Assembly (NCBI GenBank): GCA_036490975.1
Contig: DASXCS010000001.1
Location: 63,225 to 127,224 of the forward strand
DNA length: 64,000 nt
Source of the DNA: Solirubrobacteraceae bacterium
Lineage (GTDB): Bacteria > Actinomycetota > Thermoleophilia > Solirubrobacterales > Solirubrobacteraceae
Direction: 5' to 3'
Every line of letters begins with the position of its first letter. Positions within the stretch are counted from its first letter, which is position 1. The translations under genes were made by a program, and so were the position numbers. Of the stretch, positions 37,753-46,749 are shown piece after piece. Under the pieces are notes generated by a model. It was not told the DNA's origin. It saw only the letters and a program-made list of their open reading frames with translations, and did not search any database.

Positions 37753-39110
37753 TGAGCCGGCCGGAACGGGGCGCCGGCGCCACCCTGGGGTACACGTCGG
37801 GCGCGCGGGTGCTCTCGATCGGGATCGCGTCGACCGGGATCTTCACGTTCCTGTACCTCGCCGTGGCGAGCCACGTTCTCGGCAAGGCGGCATATGCCCG
37901 CATCTCGCTGTGCTGGGCGATCATGTTCGTGATCCTCTCGGTGATCTACCGGCCGATCGAGCAACTGCTCTCGCGCACGATCGCCGACCGCCGAGCCAGG
38001 GGGCTGCGGGGCCACCCGCTGCGGGTTCCGGCGGCGATTCAGTTTGGCTTCGCGTGCCTGTTCCTGGCTGTCGCGCTGGCGCTGCGCCACCAGATCGAGC
38101 ATGGGATGTTCGGCGGCTCCTCGGCGCTGTACTGGATCCTGGTGGTGGGCGTGCTGGCCTACGCGGCCAGCTACTTCGCCCGGGGCTGGCTGGGCGGCCA
38201 TCAGCGGTTCGAGCTGTACGGCGGGCTGGTGTTCCTGGAGTCAACCTCGCGTCTCCTGTTCGCGCTGGCCGTGGCCGTCGGGATCGGGTCCGGCCAGGGG
38301 GCGGTCGGCCTGGGCATGGCCGTGGCGCCGTTCGTGTCGCTGACCGTGATCCCATTGGCCTTCACGCGGATTCGCCGCAGCGTGGAAGCGCGTGTCCCCG
38401 CGCTCGACGCGGCCGCCGAGGGCCCTGCTCACGGTCAGCTCGAGTCGGCGGCGATCGATCTGACGTTCCGCGGCGGGAGCGGCTTTGCCGTCGCCGTGGT
38501 CGGGATCATGCTGGCCGAGCAGACGCTGATGAACGCCGGCGTACTGATCATCGCGGCCTCCGGCGGCGGCTCGATCACGTCCGGCCTCACCGGCTTCGTG
38601 TTCAACGTTCTGCTGATCGTCCGCGCCCCGCTGCAGCTGTTCCAGGCGATCCAGACCGCGATCCTGCCCCACCTGGCCGGACTCGAGGCGCGGGAGAGCG
38701 GTCGGGAGTTTCAGCACGCCATCCGGATCACGATCCTGACCATTGCCGGCTTCGCGGGCGCGGTGGCGGTGGGGCTGCTGGCCGTCGGGCCTCCCGTGAT
38801 GAACGCTCTGCTGGGTGACAAGGGCTTCACCTACGGGCGCCTCGGTCTGGCCTTGGTGGGTCTCGGGATGGGCTTTCACCTGGTGTCGGGCACGCTCAAC
38901 CAGGCAGCGCTGGCCCGGGGACGATCGGCCGCGGCGGCCGCGGCCTGGCTGGTGTCGGCGGCTGCATTCGTGGCCTTCGTGGCTGCCCCCACAATCGCCA
39001 ACCAGGTGACCCGGGTGGAGGTCGGCTACTGCGGAGCGACCGTCGTGCTCGCCGGCCTGCTGTGGTGGCTCTACCGCACCGGCAACCGGGTCACTGGGTC
39101 CCGGCCTTAG
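37752..39110 (+). CDS. polytopic membrane protein, MOP/Wzx-like polysaccharide transporter (flippase-like)
   Basis: 452 aa from ATG 37752 (TGATG junction with the methyltransferase), about 12 hydrophobic segments. The ORF-track extension back to 37011 overlaps two real genes. Family assignment is by topology and context only. Confidence 0.65.
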   Translation: MSRPERGAGATLGYTSGARVLSIGIASTGIFTFLYLAVASHVLGKAAYARISLCWAIMFVILSVIYRPIEQLLSRTIADRRARGLRGHPLRVPAAIQFGFACLFLAVALALRHQIEHGMFGGSSALYWILVVGVLAYAASYFARGWLGGHQRFELYGGLVFLESTSRLLFALAVAVGIGSGQGAVGLGMAVAPFVSLTVIPLAFTRIRRSVEARVPALDAAAEGPAHGQLESAAIDLTFRGGSGFAVAVVGIMLAEQTLMNAGVLIIAASGGGSITSGLTGFVFNVLLIVRAPLQLFQAIQTAILPHLAGLEARESGREFQHAIRITILTIAGFAGAVAVGLLAVGPPVMNALLGDKGFTYGRLGLALVGLGMGFHLVSGTLNQAALARGRSAAAAAAWLVSAAAFVAFVAAPTIANQVTRVEVGYCGATVVLAGLLWWLYRTGNRVTGSRP

Positions 39111-39783
39111 CCGCCAGGTCGGCATACGCCTGCGCGGGATCTGCGGCCCCGAACACGGCCGAGGCGGCGACCAGCAGATTGGCCCCAGCCTGAACTGAGA
39201 GAGGGCCGGTCTCGAGGTTGATCCCGCCGTCGACCTCCAGGGCCACGTGGTCGGGGAGCGCCGCCCGCATCCGGGCCAGCTTGTCCGGCGTGCCATCGAT
39301 GAACCTCTGGGCACTCCAGCCTGGGTTGACGCTCATGCACAGCGCCAGGTCGAGATTCTCCTGGGCCACCTCGTCCAGGCTGGCCGCGGGCGTGGCCGGG
39401 CAGACGGCCGCCCCCGCCGTGCAGCCGGCCTCCCGGATCAGGTTCAGGGCGTAGTGCACATGGGGTGTGGCTTCGACGTGGATCGTGATGCTGTCGGCTC
39501 CGGCGCTGGCGAAGTCGCTGACGTGCCGCTCGGGACGCTCGATCATCAGGTGGACATCGATGACGCCGCCGGCGTCGTGAACCTGGTCGGCCAGCGCACC
39601 GACCGCCGCCGCCCCGAACGTAATCGGCGGCACGAAGTGCCCGTCCATGACATCGACGTGGATCACCCGCGCGCCGACGGCCATCAGCTCCTCCACCTGA
39701 CTGCCCAGGCGGGCGAAATCGGCCGACAGAATCGACGGGGCGATGCGCCGTTCGCGGATCAGACTCCGGTCTGGGCCAGACAC
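39091..39783 (-). CDS. rpe: ribulose-phosphate 3-epimerase
   Basis: GTG 39783 gives VSGPDRSLIRERRIAPSILSADFARLG...HVDVMDGHFVP...HLM... Confidence 0.92.
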   Translation of the reverse strand: MSGPDRSLIRERRIAPSILSADFARLGSQVEELMAVGARVIHVDVMDGHFVPPITFGAAAVGALADQVHDAGGVIDVHLMIERPERHVSDFASAGADSITIHVEATPHVHYALNLIREAGCTAGAAVCPATPAASLDEVAQENLDLALCMSVNPGWSAQRFIDGTPDKLARMRAALPDHVALEVDGGINLETGPLSVQAGANLLVAASAVFGAADPAQAYADLAAKAGTQ

Positions 39784-39788
39784 GAGAC

Positions 39789-40016
39789 CTACACGGCCTG
39801 GAGCATGCTGCCGTGACAGTGGTTGCAGGCCACGATCGCCGTGCTGGACATGCGAACGATCGTGGAGTGCTCTCCGCAGTTGGGGCACACCGAGACCAGT
39901 TCGTACCGGTGCAGGCAGTACACGCAGCGGTAACGGCCGGGGACGGCACTGGGCCGCAGCCACGGCTCGCCGCAGTTGGGGCACTCCAGCCCGAGATTGC
40001 TCGCCGAGTCGGCCAC
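39789..40016 (-). CDS. 75-aa double zinc-ribbon protein, function unknown
   Basis: VADSASNLGLECPNCGEPW...RCVYCLH...VCPNCGEHS...ACNHCHG gives four CxxC pairs with an internal CPNCGE duplication. High GC3. It fits exactly between the rsmB stop (40027) and the rpe start (39783). Confidence 0.6.
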   Translation of the reverse strand: MADSASNLGLECPNCGEPWLRPSAVPGRYRCVYCLHRYELVSVCPNCGEHSTIVRMSSTAIVACNHCHGSMLQAV

Positions 40017-40026
40017 AGCTCAGAGA

Positions 40027-41379
40027 TTACGGCCTGGCCCGGCGCAGGCGGGCGATGAAGAACCCGTCCGTCCGGTCACGGTCAGGGAGCAGCTGCAGAT
40101 AGCGGGGGTGGCGGGGCGCGGCCCGGTCCGGATGCTCGGTCCCCAGGTCATCGCTGCTGAACTCGGGATGCCCGCCCAGGAACTCGTCCACCACCCCGGA
40201 GCCCTCCGCCTCGGAGATCGTGCACACCGAGTAGACAAGCGTCCCGCCCTGACGGGTGGCGGCGGCGCCCGCGGCCAGAATTCGGGCCTGGATCCCGGCC
40301 AGCTCGGCGATCGCCTCGGGGCCGGTCCGCCAGCGCAGGTCGGGCCGCGACTGCACCGTGCCCAGGCCGCTGCACGGTGGATCGACCAGGACCCGGTCAT
40401 ACGCAGCCACGGCGTCCGGTCGCTGCACGAGAAGCTCGGCGGCGTCCCCCACGTCAACCGACACGCACTCGGCGTGCATTCGTTGGCAGGTCCGCTGGAG
40501 TGCCGCCGCGCGCCCCGGATGCCGTTCCACCGCCAGCACCTTCCCGGCTCCCTCCATCAGGGCGGCCAGGTGGGTGGTCTTGGCGCCCGGCGCAGCGCAC
40601 AGGTCAAGCACTGACTGGCCCACCTCGGGGGCCAGCATCCGCGACACGAGCATCGAGGCCCGGGACTGCGGCATGATCGCTCCGGCCGCCCATAGGGGCG
40701 AGCCCTGGGCGTCGAACGGTCCGTCCAGCACCAGACCCTCGGGCACTCCAGCCGCCGGGCGGTGGGCCACCGGCAGCAGACCGCTGACCTCCGGGACCGA
40801 GGCGACCAGCGAGTTGACCCGGACGGCCGACTCCGCCGGGTCATTGATCGCGCGGAGCAGAGCCCTGGCCTGCGCAGCTCCGAGCTCCCGCCACCACATC
40901 TCAGCCAGCCACCCGGGGACCGAATGCGCGACGGCAGCGGTTTCGGGCTCGTCATCGTCGAGCTGAGCAACAAGGGCGTGACCCTCGCGGGCCGCCCGGC
41001 GGAGCACGGCGTTGACAAGGCGCGCTCCGCCGGGGCTGCTCGGCTTGGCCAGCTCGACGCTCTCCCCCACGGCCGCATGGTCGGGAACCGCGTCCAGGAA
41101 CAGGAGCTGGAACAGACCCAGGCGCAGGGCGGCCAGCACAGCCGGCTCCAGCTCTGTCAGCGGCGGGCGCAGCAGCGCACCGGCCACATGATCGAGTGTG
41201 GCCCGTCGCTGGACGGTGCCGTAAGCCATCCGCATGGCCAGTGAGCGGTCACGCGCATCCAGCCCGGCGGCCTCGGTGGGGAAGGCGCGGTCAGCGAAGG
41301 CGCCCTCCTCGAACACCCGACGGAGCACGGCGAACGCGGCGGCCCGCGCCGGGCTCACCGCAGATATCCGCGGGCCCAT
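40027..41379 (-). CDS. rsmB: 16S rRNA (cytosine967-C5)-methyltransferase RsmB/Sun
   Basis: NusB-like N-domain followed by ...VLDLCAAPGAKT...VDPPCSGLGT...LVYSVCT. The alternative start GTG 41358 forms a GTGA overlap with the fmt stop. Confidence 0.9.
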   Translation of the reverse strand: MGPRISAVSPARAAAFAVLRRVFEEGAFADRAFPTEAAGLDARDRSLAMRMAYGTVQRRATLDHVAGALLRPPLTELEPAVLAALRLGLFQLLFLDAVPDHAAVGESVELAKPSSPGGARLVNAVLRRAAREGHALVAQLDDDEPETAAVAHSVPGWLAEMWWRELGAAQARALLRAINDPAESAVRVNSLVASVPEVSGLLPVAHRPAAGVPEGLVLDGPFDAQGSPLWAAGAIMPQSRASMLVSRMLAPEVGQSVLDLCAAPGAKTTHLAALMEGAGKVLAVERHPGRAAALQRTCQRMHAECVSVDVGDAAELLVQRPDAVAAYDRVLVDPPCSGLGTVQSRPDLRWRTGPEAIAELAGIQARILAAGAAATRQGGTLVYSVCTISEAEGSGVVDEFLGGHPEFSSDDLGTEHPDRAAPRHPRYLQLLPDRDRTDGFFIARLRRARP

Positions 41380-42245
41380 TCGGCACCACTCATCTCCTTG
41401 CGCCCGGGCGGCTTGACCCGCACGAGCTCAAGCCCGCCCTGGCCGCAGGAGACGACCGGCCCGTCTCCGTCGGCGACCACGAGCTGCCCGGGGACTCCCA
41501 AATCATCAGGCAGGGCTCGCGCCTCACTCACGCCGAGCTGCAGCCCATCCGGAAGCCCCACGAATGCCCCCACGTGCGGACTGAGCGCGCGCACCACCCG
41601 CTCGAGCTCGCGGGCGTCTCCCGCCGGATCGAGCCGCCGGTCGTCCGAGTCGATCTTGTCGGCGTACGTGGCCTCACGTTCGTCCTGGTCGGTGCAGGGA
41701 GGATCGGCGGTGAGAGTCTGAACGAGCAGCTCGCCTCCAACCTGAGCCAACCGGGCGGACAGGGTGCCATAGGTGTCCTCCGGCCGAATTGGCTCGGTGC
41801 GCTGGGCGCACACCGGGCCCGAGTCGAGCCCAGCGCTCACCTTCATGATCGACACGCCCGTGAACTCGTCGCCGGCCATGATCGCTCGCTCGATCGGCGC
41901 CGCCCCGCGCCAGCGAGGAAGCAGCGAGGGATGGAGATTGAGCATCCGGTAGGCGGAAAGCAGCGGCTCCTTGATCAGGCCCCCGAAGGCGCACACGCAG
42001 ACCGCCTCCGGATGGACGGCGGCGATCGCCTCCAGCGCAGCGTCGTCGTTGACCGAAGCCGGCTGCACGACCGGGACCCCCAGGTCGCGCGCCGCCTCGG
42101 CGGCCGGGGGAGCGGCCAGCCTGCGCCCCCGTCCGCGGGGCCTGTCGGGGCGCGTGACGACCAGCTGGGGAGCATGCTCGGAGGCGGTCAGCCGGCGGAG
42201 GACCTCCACGGCGAACTCCGACGTGCCCAGGAACACCGTCCTCAC
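41355..42245 (-). CDS. fmt: methionyl-tRNA formyltransferase
   Basis: MRTVFLGTSEFAV...LNLHPSLLPRWRGAAPIERAI... Confidence 0.95.
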   Translation of the reverse strand: MRTVFLGTSEFAVEVLRRLTASEHAPQLVVTRPDRPRGRGRRLAAPPAAEAARDLGVPVVQPASVNDDAALEAIAAVHPEAVCVCAFGGLIKEPLLSAYRMLNLHPSLLPRWRGAAPIERAIMAGDEFTGVSIMKVSAGLDSGPVCAQRTEPIRPEDTYGTLSARLAQVGGELLVQTLTADPPCTDQDEREATYADKIDSDDRRLDPAGDARELERVVRALSPHVGAFVGLPDGLQLGVSEARALPDDLGVPGQLVVADGDGPVVSCGQGGLELVRVKPPGRKEMSGAEWARGYLR

Positions 42246-42256
42246 GGGGCAGCGGG

Positions 42257-42934
42257 CTACGCGGCCTCGTGGGCCTGCGTCGCCTCACGCAGCGCGCGCA
42301 TGGCCTCCTTCCGCGCCTCGCGCGACGCCCGGTCCAGGATCAGGACCCCGTCCAGGTGGTCGATCTCATGCTGGATGACCCGCGCCTCGAGCCCGGAGGC
42401 CTCGACGAGCACGCGGTCGCCCTGCTGGTCACAGCCCCGCACCCGCACGTGTATGGGCCGCTCCACGTCCAGGTGTACCCCGGGTAGGCTGAGGCACCCC
42501 TCCTCGAGCGCCTCGGTCTCCTTTCCCCTCCATTCGATCTCGGGGTTGGCCAGGGCGGCGACCGGGCCGTGAGGGCCGACTCGGTACACGAGCAGGCGGT
42601 GCAGGATCCCCACCTGCGTGGCGGCCAGACCCACGCCCAGAGCGTCGCCCATCAGATGGCTCATCCGCTGCACCTCGGCGGCCAGCTCGTCGTCGAAGCG
42701 CTCCACGGGCCGAGCCCGGGTCCTCAGGACCGGGTCGCCGAACTTGCGGATCCGGGCCAGCGCGGCGGCTCGTCGGGCCGCGACCTCAGGGTCGAGCTCG
42801 GGCTCCTGGTCCTCCTCGCCCTCGACCTCCAACTCCTCGTCCACGTCCTCGGCCGGCTCGACCTCGTGGTCCTGCTCGGACGAGGCAGCGGGGCCTGCCT
42901 GGTCATGGTCCTGCTGGCTCGAGCGTCTGGACAC
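42257..42934 (-). CDS. def: peptide deformylase with an acidic N-terminal extension (start uncertain)
   Basis: Core motifs GVGLAATQVG, EGCLSLPG and QHEIDHLDG. They are preceded by ...EQDHEVEPAEDVDEELEVEGEEDQEPELDPE... Alternative starts are GTG 42844 and TTG 42832. Confidence 0.9.
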   Translation of the reverse strand: MSRRSSQQDHDQAGPAASSEQDHEVEPAEDVDEELEVEGEEDQEPELDPEVAARRAAALARIRKFGDPVLRTRARPVERFDDELAAEVQRMSHLMGDALGVGLAATQVGILHRLLVYRVGPHGPVAALANPEIEWRGKETEALEEGCLSLPGVHLDVERPIHVRVRGCDQQGDRVLVEASGLEARVIQHEIDHLDGVLILDRASREARKEAMRALREATQAHEAA

Positions 42935-42995
42935 AGGCTCAGTCTACGCGGGCGCTCCGCTACGAACGGCGCGCGCGGCCGCCCGCCTCATAGCC

Positions 42996-44567
42996 TCACA
43001 GGGAGGCGACGGGGCTCACGCCCAGGCGGCTGCCGTCCTCATCCAGAGCCGTTACGGAGAAGTAGCCGGTGGCGCGACCGAGCGGGATCGCGGTCTCAAA
43101 TCCTCGGCGCCGAGCGACGCCGATCGGCTTCAGCGAAGAGGCGCTCGGCCCGGCATGAACGTGCCAGGAAGCGGCCACGTCGGTCGCTCCGTTCCAGCTT
43201 GCGTAAAGAATCGTCTTGAGCGTCAGCGGGTCGCGACCGACCGTGATCGCGGGGGCGTGCTGCGGGAGCCCCTTCCAGGGCAGCCGGAAGGACCGATACG
43301 ACTTGTAGCCGGAGAGGAGCTCGCCGTCGGCCAGCAGCTTGCCCTCACTGGTGAAGTCGCTCAGATAGGGCTCGGTTCCCCAGCCCACCATCATGTTTCC
43401 GCTGGGCAGCGTCTGAACGCTCCCCATGGCCACGGCCAGCAGCGGCTTGGAGTGGATGAACTCCTGGGCGACCTTGACCGTCCGGCCGCTCTCATCCACG
43501 GCCAGAGCCAGCCCCCGGGAGCGGGTTTCCGTGTTGATCGAGCCCTCCGAGCCGTTATCGAAAAGGGTGATCGTGCCGTTGGCCGGCTGCTGGGCATCGT
43601 GCTGCCAGGCGAACTGCGCATTCTTGGCCATCTGGAAGTCGCTGCTCTTGCCGCCCAGCCGCCAGATCACCTCGCCGGTCCTGCGATCCAGCTTGTACAA
43701 CGCCCACGTGTGACGGCCCGATACGAGCAGGTGCCCGTCCGGGGCGACGTTGATCGAGTTGATGTGCAGGTAGTCAAACGGCTCGGACACCGGGAGGTAG
43801 GAGTCGGTGAGCGGGATGTGATCGACGCCGTGCCACTCGAGCAGGAGCTTGCCGGTGCGGATGTCGACCTCCTGGAAGACAGGGTTGCGGAGCTGGCCGC
43901 GCTGAGGACCTCCGACCGAGGACAGGTCGGCCTGCACGACCTCCGGGAAGCATGTGAAGAGCGCCGTGCCCTGCGGTGTCACCGTGAACTCGTGCAGGTC
44001 CATCTGGTGGCCGCCTACCGCCTTCACGCTGGCCACCTGCTGGTAGGAGCTGTCGATGAGGGTCCCCTGCCCCTGGCCGAAGCCGCCGTGGGCCACAAAC
44101 CCCTCCCACCAGCCCAGCACAGGCGTGTCCCGGTACATCCAGGATCTGAAATTTGTTCCCCACTGGTGGGTGGCCTGCTGGTTGGAGGTGACCGGGTGAA
44201 ACCACACGGGCTCAGCCTGGTGGTCCACCATCAGCGGGCCCGGGTCGTCGTGCACGTCGCCCTGGCCACCCCACGGACCCAGGAACAGGTAGCCGTCGCT
44301 CGAGTCCGCTGCCGAGGTGAGGGTGAGCGTGGGCGGACGGAGGTCGGGCCGGGAATGAAACGCTCTGACAGGGCCGGAAGCCCGGACCGAATACGACGGC
44401 AGTACCGGCCCGAGGCTGGCGCGGCCCGTCCCGCTGAGCAGAGAAACGGCCTCGAAGGCGCTGCCGGCCACGACGGCGCCACCGGCCAGTGCGCCGGCAC
44501 CCTTGAGGAACTGGCGCCTGGATACGTTTTCGGGCAGTTGTGGATCTGTCGCGATCATGGGGGGCAC
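42996..44567 (-). CDS. arylsulfotransferase (ASST)-like beta-propeller protein with a twin-arginine signal
   Basis: N-terminus ...NVSRRQFLKGAGALAGGAVVAGSA (TAT motif). The body ...HEFTVTPQGTALF...DYLHINSINVAPDGHLLVSGRHTWALYKLDRRTGEVIWRLGG... recalls the ASST family by eye. ATG 44558 is an alternative start. Confidence 0.72.
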   Translation of the reverse strand: MPPMIATDPQLPENVSRRQFLKGAGALAGGAVVAGSAFEAVSLLSGTGRASLGPVLPSYSVRASGPVRAFHSRPDLRPPTLTLTSAADSSDGYLFLGPWGGQGDVHDDPGPLMVDHQAEPVWFHPVTSNQQATHQWGTNFRSWMYRDTPVLGWWEGFVAHGGFGQGQGTLIDSSYQQVASVKAVGGHQMDLHEFTVTPQGTALFTCFPEVVQADLSSVGGPQRGQLRNPVFQEVDIRTGKLLLEWHGVDHIPLTDSYLPVSEPFDYLHINSINVAPDGHLLVSGRHTWALYKLDRRTGEVIWRLGGKSSDFQMAKNAQFAWQHDAQQPANGTITLFDNGSEGSINTETRSRGLALAVDESGRTVKVAQEFIHSKPLLAVAMGSVQTLPSGNMMVGWGTEPYLSDFTSEGKLLADGELLSGYKSYRSFRLPWKGLPQHAPAITVGRDPLTLKTILYASWNGATDVAASWHVHAGPSASSLKPIGVARRRGFETAIPLGRATGYFSVTALDEDGSRLGVSPVASL

Positions 44568-44682
44568 ACGTCGGGTCGCGATCGGTTCAGGGCACGCTCA
44601 ATCCGGCGTGCGGGTTACATCTTAGAAACCGAACGGGTCACTTGAAATAACGCGCCCACCGTATCCGGTTTTACCCGGTTCG

Positions 44683-44700
44683 GCGCAGCTAATGCTGCGC
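44683..44700 (-). terminator. perfect hairpin 23 nt downstream of the priA stop (no U-tract)
   Basis: gcgcagc-taat-gctgcgc, a 7-bp stem with a 4-nt loop. It lies in a locally AT-richer 155-bp spacer. Confidence 0.35.
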
Positions 44701-44722
44701 TCTCATGGCTGCCTACGTCGAG

Positions 44723-46723
44723 CTACTGGGGATCCACGTCCACGCTGACGCTCACCCGCCGGCGCGCGGCGTCGCGGGCCACGGCGTCCACGGCCCGCCC
44801 CACAGCCGAAACGGCTCCCCGACGGTCGGCGGACTTGATCACAACCTGGCTTCTGGCCTTGCCGCGCAGCCGGAACAGCGGGGCCGGTCCGAGCACGGAT
44901 GCCCCGGGGACCTCAATGGATTTGGACAGCTCCGTGGAGATCGCCAGCGCATCGCTGGCCTGGAGCGCCGCGCAGACGATCCTGATCAGCGACCCGAAGG
45001 GTGGATAGCGGAGCGCCCGGCGGCGCTCCAGTTCTCCGGCCAGGAAGCCGTCGGAGTCGTGACGGGCCGCGAACTGGATCGCCCGCGCCTCAGGGGCCAG
45101 CGTCTGGACGAGCACCGTTCCCCCGGCGTCGCCGCGGCCGGCCCGCCCGGCCAGTTGGGTGACCAGCGCGAAGGTGCGCTCCTCGGCGCGGAAGTCGGGG
45201 AAGCGCAGCGTCTGATCGGCGTCCATCACAACGGCCAAGGTCACATCGGGGAAGTCGTGCCCCTTGGCCACCACCTGGGTGCCCACGAGCAGCCCGGCCC
45301 GGGCGCGGCCGAACTCGCTGAGTGTCGTGGCGGCGCGCTCGCGGACGGCCACCACATCGGCGTCCAAACGCCAGATCGGGAAGTCGTGTTCGCCCCCCAG
45401 GGCGTCGGTGAGCTCCTGCTCCAGGCGCTGGGTGCCCGCCCCGTGGCGGGCCAGGGCGGCCGAACCGCAGCTTCCGCACCGCTCGGGCACCGGCTCTCGA
45501 TGACCGCAGTGGTGGCAGGCCACGAAGTTCCGATGCGGTGCCGGGGCGCGGTGGAGCACCAGCGCGACCTCGCAGTTCGGGCAGTTCCACACCCTCCCGC
45601 ACGACCTGCAGGTGAGGAAGTTCGACCAGCCGCGGCGGTTGAGCAGCACGATCGCCTTGCCCCCCGCTCGGTGAACGTCGGCCAGGGCCAGCCGGGTCCG
45701 CGGATGCAGCGGATGATGCAGCCCGCGCATGTCCAGCACCTCCACGGGCGGCAGCGGCCGCCCATCCACCCTCTTGGCCAGCCTCAGCCGGGTGAGCGTG
45801 GCCACGCTCTCGGGCCGCGGGGTGGCGCTTCCGCACAACAGCACCGCCCCGTGCTGGGTCGCCCGGCGCTCGGCCACCGTCCGGGCGTCGTAGCGGGGAT
45901 CGCCCTCATGCTTGTAGGAGCCATCGTGCTCCTCATCGACGATCACGAGACCCAGGTCGGCCAGGGGGGCGAAGACGGCCGACCGAGGGCCGATCGCGAC
46001 CCGGGCCTGGCCGCTGCGCAGGCGGCGCCACTCGTGACGGCGCTCGGCCCCGGTCAGAGCCGAGTGGAGGATCGCCACCTGATCGCCGAAGCGGGCCTGA
46101 AACCGGCCCAGCAGCAGCGGCGTCAGCCCGATCTCGGGCACCAGCACGATCGCACTCCGCCCAGCCCGCAGAACCGACTCGACGGCCCGCAGATAAACCT
46201 CGGTCTTGCCCGAACCGGTCACGCCATGGAGGAGCAGTCGACCGCCGCCGGCGTCCAGGGCGCCCAGGACCTCATCCAGGGCTGCCCGCTGCTCATCCGT
46301 CAACGGTGGCGGCGGCGTCGAGGGGGCGGGCAGAGCCGAACGGGCCACCGGCGAGGTGACCGCCCGAGTCCGGGTCGTCCGAGGCAGGCCCGGGGGGAGC
46401 ATCAGCGACAGCGCTCGGGAGGGCGTCGAGCAGTACTCCTGCGCCATCCACAGCGCCAGGCTGACCAGGTCGGGCCCCAGGTTGTCCGGAAGCACCGCCT
46501 GCGGCTCGACCAGCCGATCGCCGTCCACGGCGGAGTGCTCGGCCAACTCGACGACCACGCCGGTCATCACGCGGCCGCCGAACGGGAGCCGCAGGACCGA
46601 GCCGACCTCGACCGCGTCCTGGCCTGCGGCCAGCCGGTAGTCGAACGGACCGCGCACGGCCCGGGTCCGTGTCAACGGCTCCACCCGCACGATCGGCGGC
46701 CGAAAATTTCTCCCAGCGGACAT
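44723..46723 (-). CDS. priA: primosomal protein N' (PriA helicase)
   Basis: ...LHGVTGSGKTEVY..., VIVDEEHDGSYK, and the Cys-rich Zn region CRSCGRVWNCPNCEVALVLH...CHHCGH...CGSCGS. Confidence 0.93.
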   Translation of the reverse strand: MSAGRNFRPPIVRVEPLTRTRAVRGPFDYRLAAGQDAVEVGSVLRLPFGGRVMTGVVVELAEHSAVDGDRLVEPQAVLPDNLGPDLVSLALWMAQEYCSTPSRALSLMLPPGLPRTTRTRAVTSPVARSALPAPSTPPPPLTDEQRAALDEVLGALDAGGGRLLLHGVTGSGKTEVYLRAVESVLRAGRSAIVLVPEIGLTPLLLGRFQARFGDQVAILHSALTGAERRHEWRRLRSGQARVAIGPRSAVFAPLADLGLVIVDEEHDGSYKHEGDPRYDARTVAERRATQHGAVLLCGSATPRPESVATLTRLRLAKRVDGRPLPPVEVLDMRGLHHPLHPRTRLALADVHRAGGKAIVLLNRRGWSNFLTCRSCGRVWNCPNCEVALVLHRAPAPHRNFVACHHCGHREPVPERCGSCGSAALARHGAGTQRLEQELTDALGGEHDFPIWRLDADVVAVRERAATTLSEFGRARAGLLVGTQVVAKGHDFPDVTLAVVMDADQTLRFPDFRAEERTFALVTQLAGRAGRGDAGGTVLVQTLAPEARAIQFAARHDSDGFLAGELERRRALRYPPFGSLIRIVCAALQASDALAISTELSKSIEVPGASVLGPAPLFRLRGKARSQVVIKSADRRGAVSAVGRAVDAVARDAARRRVSVSVDVDPQ

Positions 46724-46749
46724 GCCCTCCCACGCTACTCTGCGCGTCG

